From Octopus sinensis (Eukaryota), in assembly GCF_006345805.1 (NCBI RefSeq), contig NC_043002.1, positions 66,278,001-66,342,000 of the forward strand: 64,000 bases of DNA, in the 5' to 3' direction. Below are positions 22,954 through 36,091 of the stretch, piece by piece. The notes below the pieces were generated by a model that saw nothing but the letters and a program-made list of their open reading frames with translations, made no database searches and was not told where the DNA came from. How positions within the stretch are numbered: position 1 is the stretch's first letter; every line of letters begins with the position of its first letter. Position numbers and translations under genes: made by a program.

Positions 22954-25479
22954 GTATGTATATTTATATATGTATATATACATATATACATATATATATA
23001 TATATATGTATGTATATATATATATGTATATATACATATATATGTATATATATAAATAGTTCCTCCATGACCAATGTGGTAACTTAAAAACACGAAAAAC
23101 AATGACATACACATATATATATGTATGTATTGCTGTATGTATGTACAATGCAGACACTGTGCACACATTTCCAGGACTATATGGAAACAAATAGTAGGGA
23201 ACGGATGGTAATAATTGATAAAATCTTATGTAGATGCATTCTTTTCTCATTCACACATGCAATCATTCCATCTTCACAGATTAACATTCATACATCTGCT
23301 GCCAGAGAAAGTAAAAAATAGACAGCAGTTGGAAAATGTATCCAACTGAAATATCAATCCAATGATATAAAACAAATTTATACAGACATATATATACATG
23401 CACATGTGTGTGTGGTTGCGTGTCTGTGTACACACACACATTCACGAGCGCGTACAAAACACAAGAGATACATTCATCTTTGACTAAGGTATGAGTACAC
23501 TTATACACACAGATACGTAGGTACATATTTGATTGAATTCTCACACATTCTTGCTCATTCAAATCTTATTTGAGCTTCAAAAAAAAAAAAAATGAAATTA
23601 AAACACTTCCAAAGAGGTAAAGACGAAGATGAGTTTGGACAGTAATCTTTAAGAATACTGCAGTTATTTCAATTATGTCAGAGAATCATCATGGAAGAAA
23701 AGGAGGCAAGAATTAAATTTCAGCATTTTTGTTTTACTTCTTTTATTTTTTTTTGTTTAAAAAAAAGGGGGGGAAAAAAAAGAAAGAATTTTACCAACAG
23801 GGCATGATTCTGTGTGCAAGCAAAAAGCAAAGTGACCATCAGATATGGCTTATATTGAAAAGCCAGCCATCCAGTCGTCCATGCTATGGGTTAGCACCAG
23901 GGTTTTGAATACCAAAATTGTTGATAATAAAGTTCAAAATAATTTTTTAAAATTTCATTTTATTTTATTTTATTTCTGTGTTTGTCAGCTTTAGAAAAAT
24001 ACAAGTTGTAGCATTTATCAAAATAGGTTGGAATCACCCATCATTTCTGCTTGCCTCTCATAAACTGCTCCGTACTGAGAACTCAAAGATCAACAACTGA
24101 TGGAAACTTGTTTCGACAACAAAAATGAAGAAGTCTAAGGGTCACAGTTGTTTCTCATCAATTCAATCAGTGATATATTTTGCTCTTCTAAACAGCCGTC
24201 CTCATCTCTCTCCCTAACTGTGAGTGTCAATCACGATTGATGAGGCATGAAGATGATGTTGGCAGTAGACATTCGGTGACTTACGAAAAAAAAAAATATA
24301 TAGATATATATTTATATAAAATAAAATAAACAAGGTTTAAAGAGCAGTACTGCTTTTTTCATTTTTTACATATTGACTGAGTTTAGCCTTCCTTGTACGA
24401 TTTAGTTAAAGGCTGATAAGAGGAAGCTTACTTATAAAGAGAGACAAACAGAATGCCAAAAGTTATGACCTGTTTGATGGTCAAAGAATGGAACTGAACT
24501 GGTAGGCATTCCTCCACTATTAACTACCCAGCCATGGGATGGCTGAATCCCAAATGAACACACTCACACAAAACAAGAAACAAAAAAAAAAATCCCTTCA
24601 TTAAAAAGATATAAAAATAAATAAAATTGAAAAGAGAATGAACCAAAAACTTCCTCCAAATCATTTTATATCTGTATTGTTTCTCCACTTGATGTTAGTA
24701 AACACTGAACATTTCCTGTGTAAGAGACAGAAGATGGTCAGACAGGGCTATAAGTAGAGAATAATACGATGTACTGTTATAAATGTTAGCAACCAGTGGG
24801 TAGCAGATTGACACAAAATAGACAGATTGTATTTTCTTTTTTTCAAATAATCACTTAGGAAAACCATTTCCAACTGAAAAATGTGAGCGGGTTTGTGTGT
24901 ATATACATACATGCATAAATACATATACACACGCACACATATACATACACACACATAAATATATACACACACACACATACGTGCACATTAATCAGCGCTG
25001 AAGAAACGACCCAATGGAAACATTTCTTTGTAAATCTGTAATTATTTCTTCTGTTGGTGCAACACAGCTGCCATTGCAGTACAAATGGTGTCCAGTCCCA
25101 GTTGGTAATAATGTTTGTCTGTTAGGACATCCACTATTGATAACAGAGTCCTTTTTATTAGATTAAAAGGGCCATTTATTTTCCTCAAGACATATACCAG
25201 ACAAGCAGAGCCACAGCTAAATGCTTAGGATGAATAACAAAGTTAGCTACACTGGAAATCACTAGTAATTATTGACACGTTTTTCTTCTATATCAGAAAA
25301 TTAAACCTATTCATCTCTTTCATATTTTGTAAGACTTCTACTAAATGGAGGGCAAGAAAGAGATGAGCTCTGATGAGTTTTCTTCATGGAAGACAGACGA
25401 GAACTCTCACTTCTTTATGAGAGACACAAGAAAATCCTGACAACTGCTTCACAAAACGATGTAGGAAGAAAAGATATCA

Positions 25480-25521
<42 letters not shown>

Positions 25522-26563
25522 TATATATATATGAAATATAAAAGGAGAGAAACAAAACTAATTTACTACATTTTTGCTATTAGTTAGCAGTGATCCTATT
25601 TAGTAGAGAAGTACATCTTAGAATCTATTGCAGACAAATCAACTGTGGGAATCTGCCAGCAGAAGTAGAGTTGAACCAAACTATTTCTCTAAGCTGGCAG
25701 CTATTATCAGACTTTTAACGAGGGTAGCAAACCGGTGACTGAACCATATCGTTACTGCCCGAGGTCACACCCTCCTAGCACCAATGCTGCTATCATTGTC
25801 TCCCAATAGTTGTTAGAGTCTGAATTGCAGAAACAGTTACCAATCTGGCAACTGTTGTAGTTGATAATTGTAGTATTAATAGTAGTAGTAGTAGTTGTAG
25901 TAGTAGTGTTCATGAGAGTCAATGTTAACAAAATCAAAATCTGTCAATAGTAATTAAATATATGTATTTCATTTTAGCAATTAAGACAGGAAATAAGCTA
26001 CACACAGTAAAGGATTGGCATTTGTAAAGAGATACAAAAATACAATCTGAATGTTAAAATGTTGCTAGAGTATTTGTTGCTGTTGTTGTTGTTTTCTGTT
26101 GTCTTCTTTTGTCGTTAATGGAAGGAAAGTAATTTGGTTCATTTCAGGTTGCAGGAAGAGGGCAAAAGAATATTGAATATGTCAGTGTTGTTGTTGTTGT
26201 TGTTATTATCATTATATTTCAGCATGAATTGATATAAAAAATGGTATTTTCCACACTGGTTTTTATCACAACATCCACTGCTTTGACTTATGTCTTGTAA
26301 GTATGCAGCACGAGTTATTATCTTGCGTTGGTCATTGATTGCCAAACGATTAATTTCACACAGTTTGTCTGTCAGATGGTTTTGTTTCATATTGCTCGGT
26401 GACAACTCACAATTACACAGCCAAAAGCAAGGGAGAAAGAAGAAAAGGAGACAGATAGATAGAGAGAAAAAGAGAGAGACAGACAGACAGAAGGAGAGAG
26501 AGAGAGAGATCATAGCAGAAAGTGAGAGGAGGTAAAGAAGGGATCATAGAGAGTTCAGTAAAC
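22560..26563 (-). other. Actn: probable long 3' UTR of alpha-actinin
   Basis: Directly follows the stop codon. About 4 kb without SINEs, beside a SINE-saturated flank. Several minus-strand AATAAA (forward TTTATT at ~22681, ~22864, ~23742, ~23958). The true end cannot be fixed from sequence. Confidence 0.45.
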
Positions 26564-26722
26564 TTAGAGGTCACTTTCACCATAAAGGGCTGTTGAGAAG
26601 GACATGTAGTCAAGTGCTCCAGGAGCACCATCATGACCTGTGTAAGGTGCCATCCGTTGGATACAGTATTCAGCTTGTTCTGGTGGTAATTCTTGACGTA
26701 GAATTTGGGCAGTAATATAGTT
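26564..26722 (-). CDS. Actn: alpha-actinin terminal exon (EF3/4 region)
   Basis: ttttccag|[52 protein letters not shown] - the conserved actinin C-terminus; 159 nt. Confidence 0.97.
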   Translation of the reverse strand, partial: NYITAQILRQELPPEQAEYCIQRMAPYTGHDGAPGALDYMSFSTALYGESDL

Positions 26723-27084
26723 CTGGAAAACAAAAACCAAGCAAATTATTAGACAATATACAATGAAATCATCTTGATTACAGAATAAAATCAGATGAAC
26801 ATGAAAACCAATTTACCATCAAAAATGACCGATCAGTATTACCATCGTTTATGGCATCAAAAACACAGACAGATCCTAATTTCAGCGGCACATATTCAGT
26901 TATTAGTGCATTAAAACAGGGACAAAATTTGCTTAAGGGGGACCCAACTTTGCATATAGCATTTGAGGTGAGTCTTGGAGATGTTTCTTTAGATAAAAAA
27001 AGATTGTTTTAGATGCCATCAAACATGGCATACAGATTGAAATAGATTTTAATACAATGATAAGATTTAGAAATAATCACTCAC

Positions 27085-27243
27085 TTTGTCACCAGCTAAG
27101 ATCTTGAAAGATTGCATAACTTGTTCTGCAGTGTCAGTATCTGCTGTTTCTCTTGTCATGAAGTCTAAGAAAGCATCAAAGGAAACGTAACCAGAGCCAT
27201 TCGGGTCTACTATAGACATAATTCGTTGGAAGTCAGTCTCACC
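27085..27243 (-). CDS. Actn: alpha-actinin exon (EF2)
   Basis: [53 protein letters not shown]; ag/gtgagt borders; 159 nt, phase 0/0. Confidence 0.97.
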
Positions 27244-27889
27244 CTGATGAAAAGAAAAGGAAGCATTAGTAATTGGTTAACTGATGTCTTGTATGAAAGA
27301 AATAAATGTCTCCTGCAATGAGATGGAGGGAAGATCAAAAGTGAATTTGTTATGTTAGTTTTCGACAATTTATCAGAATACCAAACTAGATAAATCATAG
27401 AATCCCCATTAAAGTAATAGCCGTTCTTGGATTTAAAAAAAAAATATCTTGAAGAAAGGAAATGGATATTAGATATGGCTTCCTTTAACTATTTACTTAC
27501 AAAATCAACAGCCATGTTAGCTTTGCTCTCTCTCAAAGTATTTCAGACTTGTTTTATTAATAATCATCAAACTATCTAATAATGTCAAAATGCCAGTACC
27601 AAACAGTTTGATTTCAATCATAGTGCTAGGTTTATCATATGTAGAAGAACAGGAGAATTAAAAACCAAATTGACCCTTCCATTTATGTTCCAAACAATCG
27701 ACATTCTTTCTTATAGCCAGATTGTACAGGATACTCTTAACATCCGTTTTCAAATCTCCCCATCCATCATTTCTGCTTAACCCTTCCTCATATTTCCATC
27801 AAAATTGTATACTCTTGGCAGTGTAAATAATAATAATAATTTGTTGAAATGATTTAAAACTCATCAAACATTGGTATGATACTTACTCC

Positions 27890-28216
27890 AAACTCTACAA
27901 CAGAAATCAATGTATAAGATGTGGTTGGGTCCTTCACCAAATGAAATATGAGCATCACCCACCCGCTTTTTTTTTTAACCATATTTCTGTTGAAATACAC
28001 AGCCTTTGTTTAAATTAACTTAAGAAAATAATGATAAATTCAGCAGAATAACTGTTATTATTAAACTGATGTTTTGAAACATTACCCAACAATGTCATTC
28101 TGAAAGTAAACAATCACATCATTGATCTCTCAAAGCTATGAGATAATTTATGATTATTCAAAACAATGTGAATAAAAAGCTATTACGTTTGACAGAATAA
28201 GCTAAATGCTAAAGGG
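27890..28216 (-). mobile_element. piggyBac-like MITE (TTAA-flanked family)
   Basis: Ends ATGCTAAAGGG|TTAA; body is the reverse complement of the copies at 41500, 51616 and 56887. Left boundary approximate. Confidence 0.5.
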
Positions 28217-28487
28217 TTAAAAACATGAATTGTTGTATCTAAGAACCAGGAGTACTCATAGATGGGGTTGATATAAAAAAAGTTAAAGTATCTGTAATGC
28301 AATCAACCCAACAAAAGTTAAATTTCCTGCTGTTGTTAGCCTGTCTATTCATTGGAAATTATTCTCAAAGATTAGGAATAATTCATGTCTCAAGAATAAA
28401 ACAGCTCAACACTTACTTGCATTAACAGGTGATGGAGTAGAATCATATTAACTTTTCCTCTTGTAAAGGAACCAAAAGAAAGCTTAC

Positions 28488-28646
28488 CTGTTTATCATCT
28501 CTGATTTTGTAACCCAAACTAACAAGACATGCTTTGAATTCTTTCGGTTCAAGTCTCCTGCTACGAGTTTTGTCAAAATGATTAAATGACATACGGAACT
28601 CATTCATCTGGTCTTCACTGATACCCTTTGAGTCTCTGGTAAGAAT
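28488..28646 (-). CDS. Actn: alpha-actinin exon (end of SR4 linker + EF1)
   Basis: [53 protein letters not shown]; tgtag/gtaagc; 159 nt. Confidence 0.97.
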
Positions 28647-29346
28647 CTACAGAAAAAAGAACATTGTATTGCATTAGGGAAAAATAGCATAACAGAAATA
28701 GGAGGGGTAAAAAAAAGCAATATATCAAAGATCATAAAAGTATTCTTAACTCATTAACTGCCACTGTCTGTTCTGCATACTGTTCAATTACAAGGAAATA
28801 TAATTTGTTTTGCATTTTGACAATATTTCATATTTAGCGCTCATGTTATTTAAATATCCTTGAAACCATGTCAAAGACAGAATAAAATATTTTCTCAAAT
28901 TATGAAGATATACCACGGGTGGTTCATATGGTGGTTGTATGAAGTTTGCAATCAAGCACCAGTGGTAAGTGTGGCAGTTAACGTGTTAATGAAATGATGT
29001 TATAAAAATTAAAATAACTTTATGATGACCTCTCCTCCCAATCAAATGTGCAGAATATATTTAAGCAAAAGAAATATTTCAGTCAAGTCACAAGGTCAGT
29101 TGTTTCAATGAGAAGGAAGATTACATTGACCTACTAGACCCCAGAGGGACGAAAAGTGGAGCTGAGTTAGGTAGGATTCTGAACTCAGGACATTATCCAG
29201 GGAATGAAATCTTTAATGGCTGTGTTCATATATAAACTCTCCACCATGGTTCCTTGCTTGAGCTTCGAAACATAAATATTATAAGAACCTATTGTTCTCA
29301 TTGCTCAACTTACAGATGGGGGGGAAAAAAAAGATGAAAAAATTAC

Positions 29347-29415
29347 CTGGTTTTCGACTTCGTTGATGTTTCTGGCAATGGCAGTCAATAACTGCTCCCA
29401 TCCAACACGTAAAGT
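29347..29415 (-). CDS. Actn: alpha-actinin exon (spectrin repeat 4)
   Basis: [23 protein letters not shown]; ttctag/gtaatt; 69 nt. Confidence 0.96.
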
Positions 29416-29499
29416 CTAGAAATAAAATAAAGGGAAAACAAAAATAAATAGCAGAGAACAATGTTATCAATAAACTGAGATACGATACATATAATGTTA

Positions 29500-30355
29500 C
29501 GAGGGGTAGTCAAAAAGTATCCGACCTTGATTTTTTTTGCACAAAATAATAATGTGCAAACAAAATCTGCATGGGTATTAGGTGGCCACGTCCTTCTGAA
29601 CATGCACAAAAATTCTCATGCCAGTAGGTTGTGCCATTCGCCCACAGTGATGCATTGAGTACAGACGTGAAGAGTGTGCTGAGTAATTTTTCTTTCTGAG
29701 TCAAGATGACTGAGCACGTTGAGGAAAGATACTGTATCAAATTCTGTCAAAAGCTTCGTGATATGCAAAAGCCCAGGCTATCAAGAAGATTCAGAAGACT
29801 TTTGGAGATGATATGGGAAAAACACAAATAAAGGAGTGGTACAACTGGTTCTAAAATGATTGCACCTCAGTGGACAGTGAGCCATGTAGTGGCAGAACAT
29901 CAACTAGCATAAATGATGAAATGATTGCCAAGGTTCGAGGAATAGTCTATGAAGACTCATGTGACTATTGAGGAGATTTTTGCTGAAGTTGGAATCAGCC
30001 ATGTATCAGTTCAGTTCATTCCAACCACATCGTACAAGCATTCCTCGTCAAGCAAAACACACCACTTGTTCGTCAGGCTTCCTACTCCCCAGACATGGCA
30101 CCATATGACTTTTGGCTCCTCCCAAAGCTAAAAAAAACAAAAAAACACTCAAAGGGAGATTTGAGTCAACAGAGGACATTAAGCAAAATTCGACGGCACA
30201 GCTCTACATCATCCCAAAATGTGATTTCCAGCAGTGGCAGAAGTGTGCAGATTCCCAAAGCGAATATTTTGAAGGAGATTAAATCAAAATGGTGAGTCTT
30301 TTTTAAATATTACTTGTTTTTGGCCAAAGGTCAGATACTCTTTGACTACACCTCA
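29500..30355 (+). mobile_element. mariner (Tc1/mariner) element, internally deleted
   Basis: TA|CGAGGGGTAGTCAAAAAGTATCCGACCTT ... AAGGTCAGATACTCTTTGACTACACCTCA|TA TIRs with TA TSD. Transposase remnants RYCIKFCQKL, KEWYNWF, SGRTSTS and PYSPDMAPYDFWLLPKL (YSPDLAP motif). Confidence 0.9.
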
Positions 30356-30452
30356 TACATTTATAATGTTGAAGAAATGGGAAACTGACCCCCCCCCCCA
30401 TCAGATCAATCATGTGATTGGGAGAGATAGATATAAGTAAAACATTACATAC

Positions 30453-30506
30453 CTCCATAGTATACTGTGTATATCTGTTCTCAAATATCATTGCCTCTTG
30501 TACAAG
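30453..30506 (-). CDS. Actn: alpha-actinin exon (spectrin repeat 4)
   Basis: LVQEAMIFENRYTQYTME; ttacag/gtatgt; 54 nt. Confidence 0.96.
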
Positions 30507-30820
30507 CTGTAAGATAAAACATTATTAGTTAATGTTATGAGATAATACTGGGAAATACACTTTCTATATTTATATACACACATATTACATAAGATACACA
30601 CACACACACAAATATATATATATCTCTTTAATTGGCTTAACTAATACTGGGGATGTGTACAAGAAAAAAAACTGCATCCCTCTGTCAAGCCATGTTGAGC
30701 CAGTGTGGCAGGTTAGGCTCATGAAACCAGAATCATCTCAAGCCATTCACATACACACACACACACATATACATAAATACATTAGAACTGACAGAAGACA
30801 AAAAATACACTTAATATTGG

Positions 30821-31830
30821 TTTCAAATTTTGGCACAAGGCCAAAAATTTCAGAGGGAGGAAATGAGTCAATTACATCAACCGCCTAAAGGATGAATGGC
30901 AAAGTCAAACTTGGTGGAATTTTAACTCAAAAAGTAAAGGCATATGAAATTCTGCAAAGCATTTTGCCCTGCACTCTAACCATTCTGCCACTTTAAATAA
31001 TACATTTAATATTATATCAATAGAATGCAAAGGATTTAATTAGAACAGCAGTCACCATTAAGCTGTGCACTTGTACACATTTTATAATCAGTGCACACAC
31101 AAAGATTTCAAGATGAAACTGAATTTTTTTTCAGTTGAAGAAATTTGAGTAATAGTTAACTCATTGCATCTGCACATATTTTGCAAATTTTCATGCACAT
31201 GCACAGCAAAAAGATCATCTCGTGGGACACGTAAAAGCACCCATTACACTCTCAGAGTGGCTGACATTAAGAAGGGCATCCAGCTTTAGAAAACCATGCC
31301 AAATCAGACTGAAGTCTGGTGCAGCCTTCCAGCATTCCAGCCCCAGTCAAACTGTCCAACCCATACCAACATGGACAATGGATGTTAAATGATGATGATG
31401 ATGATAATAATGATGACACCCCCATTGCTACCACCACCAAAAACAGTCATCAGAGCCAGTACCAACTTTCAATTCAAAACTGGTATTATTTGCTCCAATA
31501 AACCATCATCACCATCACTACTGGTATGTTACCATCACTACCACAAGAATATGGATAAGACACCATGTTTATATTTACAATAACAGGGCAAAATTATTTC
31601 AACATGAGGAATTAATAATGGTTTCTGATTAAGGCACCAGGCCAGCAATTTAGAGGGGAAAAAGAGTTAATTTCATCAACTCCAGTATTTGATTTGTACC
31701 GTATTTTATGAACCCCAGAGGGATGAAGGGCAAACTTGGTCTTGGCAGGATCTGAACTCAGAACGTTAAGAAGCAGATGAAATACTGCAAAACATTTCTT
31801 CCAGTACTGTGACGATTCTGCCAGCTTGCC
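30821..31830. mobile_element. intronic SINEs: family C (30821-30992 -, 31620-31830 -) and Nin-domain SINE (31205-31400 +)
   Basis: Family C motifs; Nin-like AAGAAGGGCATCCAGC ... CCAACCCATACCAACATGGA ... (GAT)n tail. Confidence 0.7.
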
Positions 31831-31904
31831 ATAACAACATTTCATTTCTCCTCATTACATTTCATTCACACACACACATGTATTGTTGAAAAACTGTAGC
31901 TCAC

Positions 31905-32189
31905 CTGGTGATATTTCTCCAGTTCATCCATGTTTGGTCTGTATGAAGCAACAACCTTGTCATATTGTTGTAACTTGGCGAGCTGGTCTTCAAGGGAAGT
32001 TCTCAACTGGACGCAGATGGACGCTACAGAGTCTAGTTGCACCTCAATCCATTGACCAACTTCATTGGCCTTGGCAGCAAACTGTTGTCGCAGACGTTCG
32101 TTGTTGATTTGCTTTTGTTCTTCCTGTTTGAGGACCTGTTGCCTCTGTGGTACCAATGATCTCACCTCAGACCACTTATGGGTGATATC
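31905..32189 (-). CDS. Actn: alpha-actinin exon (spectrin repeats 3-4)
   Basis: DITHKWSEVRSLVPQRQQVLKQEEQKQINNERLRQQFAAKANEVGQWIE...YRPNMDELEKYHQ; ttgcag/gtgagc; 285 nt. Confidence 0.97.
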
Positions 32190-32325
32190 CTGCAAGTGGA
32201 CAGACAGAGTTATCTTTCAGACAAACTTGTTCATTTCAAGTGAGTTAGAAAATGATAGACATGCGACTATGTGGTGTATGCTGACAGAAAGGGAGAGGGG
32301 GAATACGAAAGGCATATGCTAAGGA

Positions 32326-32374
32326 TGAGAGAGAGAGAGAGAGAGAGAAAGAGAGGGAGAGAGAGAGAGAAAGA

Positions 32375-32450
<76 letters not shown>
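32326..32450. repeat. (GA)n(GT)n microsatellite
   Basis: Direct inspection. Confidence 0.95.
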
Positions 32451-32453
<3 letters not shown>

Positions 32454-32951
32454 AGAGGAAGGTCTGCATTTAATTATCAAGTTACTGTGAGACCATTCAG
32501 GAGAGTAGACTTGAGAATATGTTTATTGAGATCCTTGAGGGAGGAAGAGAAAGAGCTAAACTCAACTCGGCTTGATACACTAATTATATGACGAGGGGGC
32601 AGGGACCTGAATTCAAACAACAGGTAGATTGAGTCTATCCAAACAGGCTACACAGACAGACAAAAGTAGAGAGTTGAATTTCTTTACTTAAAATGTGGCA
32701 AATATGAAGGGGAAGAGAGATCTGAATTTACTCTACAGCATGTATGGTTAGGTATGTAGGAAATAAAATCAAATAGTCTTTAATTTTATTCTTGCAGACT
32801 TAGAAAACTAAATTAGGGAATAGGAAGGTCATGGTCATACAGTGAAAAGATCTTATAACTGATGGGAGGAGGTAAGATGATTCCGAAACTAGAGAGCTTT
32901 TAACCCTACAGTTACATTACTGAATTGGGAAGAGCTGGAGATGACACTTAC

Positions 32952-33107
32952 ATTAACGTGAAGAGTAGTGTATGGATTCTCTGGAACACCAATTCCAATC
33001 TCCTGAGCAAGGCGGTTAGCATCGTTTTCTAGAGAAACGATCGTATTCAACTCTTTGTCTGCTTCACCCAAAGTTTCTTTGAATGTCTCATGGGCACAGA
33101 TGAGGTC
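32952..33107 (-). CDS. Actn: alpha-actinin exon (spectrin repeat 3)
   Basis: DLICAHETFKETLGEADKELNTIVSLENDANRLAQEIGIGVPENPYTTLHVN; ttctag/gtaagt; 156 nt. Confidence 0.96.
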
Positions 33108-33236
33108 CTAGAAAATATATGAAATGATATTAGAGAAATTTGTTAAGCATCACATTTAAAATATATAAAATCGAATATAAAAGTAAAAGTTTCAGGGCTC
33201 ATGAAAAGGGATCAGAGGAGTAGAAATCAGTTGCAG

Positions 33237-33275
<39 letters not shown>

Positions 33276-33299
33276 GTAAGAGCAATGTATTAATCTTAC

Positions 33300-33377
33300 C
33301 TTGATTTCTTCTGTGGTGTGGACAATGAACATGTCCATTAAATCTTCTTTGGCACCATCCATCCAGTTGTTAAATGG
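33300..33377 (-). CDS. Actn: alpha-actinin exon (spectrin repeat 3)
   Basis: [26 protein letters not shown]; ttgcag/gtaaga; 78 nt. Confidence 0.97.
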
Positions 33378-33886
33378 CTGCAATAGAAAAATTAAACAAT
33401 TAGTTATAAGAAATTGAAGTGAACAAGAAAAGACTGAAATTTGTTAAACAAGAATGATGAAGACAGGTTAAGAATATTTTGCACAAGCTAGACGAGAAAA
33501 CACGAGTGAAAGGAATGGACAAGATTTCCGAGAAATTAATTGAAGGACTTTGAAGGAAATGACAGGATATTATTAGCAAGTGAGGAGATGTTTGCTGCTG
33601 ACACTGTACCACAAAATGAGCCATGGAATTTCCATGGCTACTACTAGTGCATAGAATACAAGTATACATATTATATTCATAAAATGGAATAAATACTTTT
33701 TGGTACTGTTTGAAACAACAACCAAAATTATTTCAATATTTCTAAGGGTTATGCACACTGAAGGATACTGCATGCAAAGCTTTTCTCTCGGTAAAATGAT
33801 AGAATAATTTTCTGCCAAGAGATCATTAGAAATTAGAGAAAAAAACTGATGGAGAGAAATATTTCTTACGTGTATTAAACTATTGT

Positions 33887-34095
33887 GAAGGCATGTGGCC
33901 AAGTGGTTAGGTTGTTGCATTCACAATCACTAGATCATAGGTTCAATTCCCAGACTGGGCAGCACATTGTGTTCTTGAGCAAAACACTTCATTCATTTCA
34001 CTTTGCTCCAGTGGGATGACATCATTTTAAGGCTAAACCAATGCAAAGTGACCAGTGATGTGTAAGAACATCTGATAGCTTGGTCAGTCACATGA
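33887..34095 (+). mobile_element. tRNA-derived SINE with V-like domain
   Basis: GAAGGCATGTGGCCAAGTGGTTAGG head, GGTTCAATTCC B box, TTGTGTTCTTGAGCAAAACACTTC core. Confidence 0.75.
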
Positions 34096-34184
34096 TTAGA
34101 ACATTACTGATTTATTGTGAATTCATTTGGAAACAACTAATGTTCTTTTTACTTTAATACAACAAAGTAGAAAATAATACTTAC

Positions 34185-34247
34185 AGCAGCTCTCTTAGCA
34201 AATTCAAGGTGAAGTTGATCAATTCTCTCCAACACTCTCTCAGCTTG
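34185..34247 (-). CDS. Actn: alpha-actinin exon (SR2/SR3 junction)
   Basis: QAERVLERIDQLHLEFAKRAA; ttgcag/gtaagt; 63 nt. Confidence 0.97.
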
Positions 34248-34469
34248 CTGCAACACAAAATATTCTGAGTTAAAACAACAGTAAAGTCACAGAAAAATTT
34301 CAGTAAGTGTCAAATATTTTTAACATAAACTGAATAACATTTTCTTTAAAGATTTAATATTATTGGTGATTCTTTCAAAAATGTTAACTCCACCCACCAA
34401 AAAAAAAAAGAAAAAAAAAAGCAGAATTTGAAAAATAAAAATCAATCATAAAAATGATGAAATATTTAC

Positions 34470-34532
34470 TTCAAGTTCTTGTCTTCTCTTTTGGGTTAAT
34501 GTTCCTAGGATATCCCAGTTATCACAGATTTG
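34470..34532 (-). CDS. Actn: alpha-actinin exon (spectrin repeat 2)
   Basis: QICDNWDILGTLTQKRRQELE; ttccag/gtaaat; 63 nt. Confidence 0.96.
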
Positions 34533-34743
34533 CTGGAAAAGGAAAAAATAAATAAACACTGAAATTGTGAATGGAAATTAAGGTTGCATCAGTTAAACAT
34601 AAGACATAATAATTTTGAATAGAGATCCAGTAAACATAAAAAAAAATTTATTAAGGCATCTAATTTTAATGATTCATTATGCCCACAAAACGATTGAGAT
34701 TCTTTGGCAGATACTCTCCTGGGAAATGGTCACATGTATATCA

Positions 34744-34900
34744 TCTATTATATAAAATCTGTTCTGTCTGTCTGTATGTGTGTGCGTCTTCTAGGATCTT
34801 GGGCATCCTCCATCCGATTGTGCTCAAATTTGATATGTAGATACCGACGGTATCAGGACATGTCTTGAAAAAATTACAAAAATCGATAAACCCGTGGGAT
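34744..34900 (+). mobile_element. Helitron-like element 5' fragment
   Basis: A|TCTATTATATAAAATCTGTTCTGTCTG followed by the core shared with 2019 and 18030. Confidence 0.55.
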
Positions 34901-35121
34901 GGACATAAGATGTGTTGACGGTCGGCAGTCAGGCCAAGAAAGAAAGATCATGGCTGGCTGGACACTGGTCATGTGTAACACAGTTGAATCCTTATATTAC
35001 ATTACCAGGACTCAATGCAATCCTGGAATGGTTCTCTCAATGCTTTCAAACAAATGACCCAACTAAACCTAATTACTTAGATGTAAATATTAAGAAATTG
35101 AAAGTAAGAAATGACGCATAC

Positions 35122-35167
35122 CTGGCATCTGGTGTTAACTGTGACCACATCGTGATAGTTCAAGGCA
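35122..35167 (-). CDS. Actn: alpha-actinin small exon (spectrin repeat 2)
   Basis: (N)ALNYHDVVTVNTRCQ; atttcag/gtatgc; 46 nt, phase 2/0; fills the gap between neighbouring exons exactly. Confidence 0.95.
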
Positions 35168-35437
35168 CTGAAATAATATAAAACAATATTTAGGAAAAGT
35201 GAAAGAAATCTATGTTATCAAAATGTACTTAAAGAAACTTAGTTACTGTTTGGAATTCCTTCCAGTTTTTTAGTGTATGGTACAAGTGAAGTGATGTCAT
35301 TCTCACCTTAAAATAGCTACCTAGTAACATTACATCCCAGTGAATCTTGTTTCTTACCATAATGAGAGTGCTGTTACTGACCTTTCAGATATGTTTGTGT
35401 GCATGTTACACAAACACACAAAAGACACACAGATGCT

Positions 35438-35473
<36 letters not shown>

Positions 35474-36091
35474 AGACACACATGCTTACACACACACACA
35501 CACACACAAGACACACAGATGCTTACATACACACGCACACACAAGGACAGTGTACTAAAGTAATAAATTTTTATAGTGAAAATTCATAGTAAAAAGCAAT
35601 TTTGTGTTTTTGCCAATCACTCTATCTTACACTAATAATTGATAGAAAAACAACAAAATAAACAGAAAAAGAAAGAGAAAAAAGAGAGAGAGAGCACACA
35701 TACATGGTGCGTGTGTATACTTTGATCAAAACAGATACATACACATACATTGAATCATGCCAACACACATACACAGGAAGTTGTTAGATGAGAAACAGCT
35801 GTGAGCATGTGTATGTCTGTGTGTGTGTGTGCGCGTGTGTGTTAGTTTGTGCTCAAAGTTTCTAATAGTTTGTAGTTGTTTGAGTGAACAGAAACATCAC
35901 AAATGTTATTCGTGATGTGCCAGAAATAGTACCCAAATCATCATCAATTTACACGTTACCATCTGAGAAAAGAGGATGCTGGATAAAGTAGGCCAAGGTT
36001 CTGTACACAATATACATCATCCAGACATGGGTTGTCTTACATTATTTTACTCATTCTCTCTCTCTCCCTCCCTCCACCTCTCTCTTAAATA

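Noticed and set aside
25370-25425. CTGATGA + stem + GAGAA + 6-bp stem (CTCTCA/TGAGAG), hammerhead-like
   Set aside because: Three defects: GAGAA instead of GAAA, GAC instead of GUH, and no stem I.
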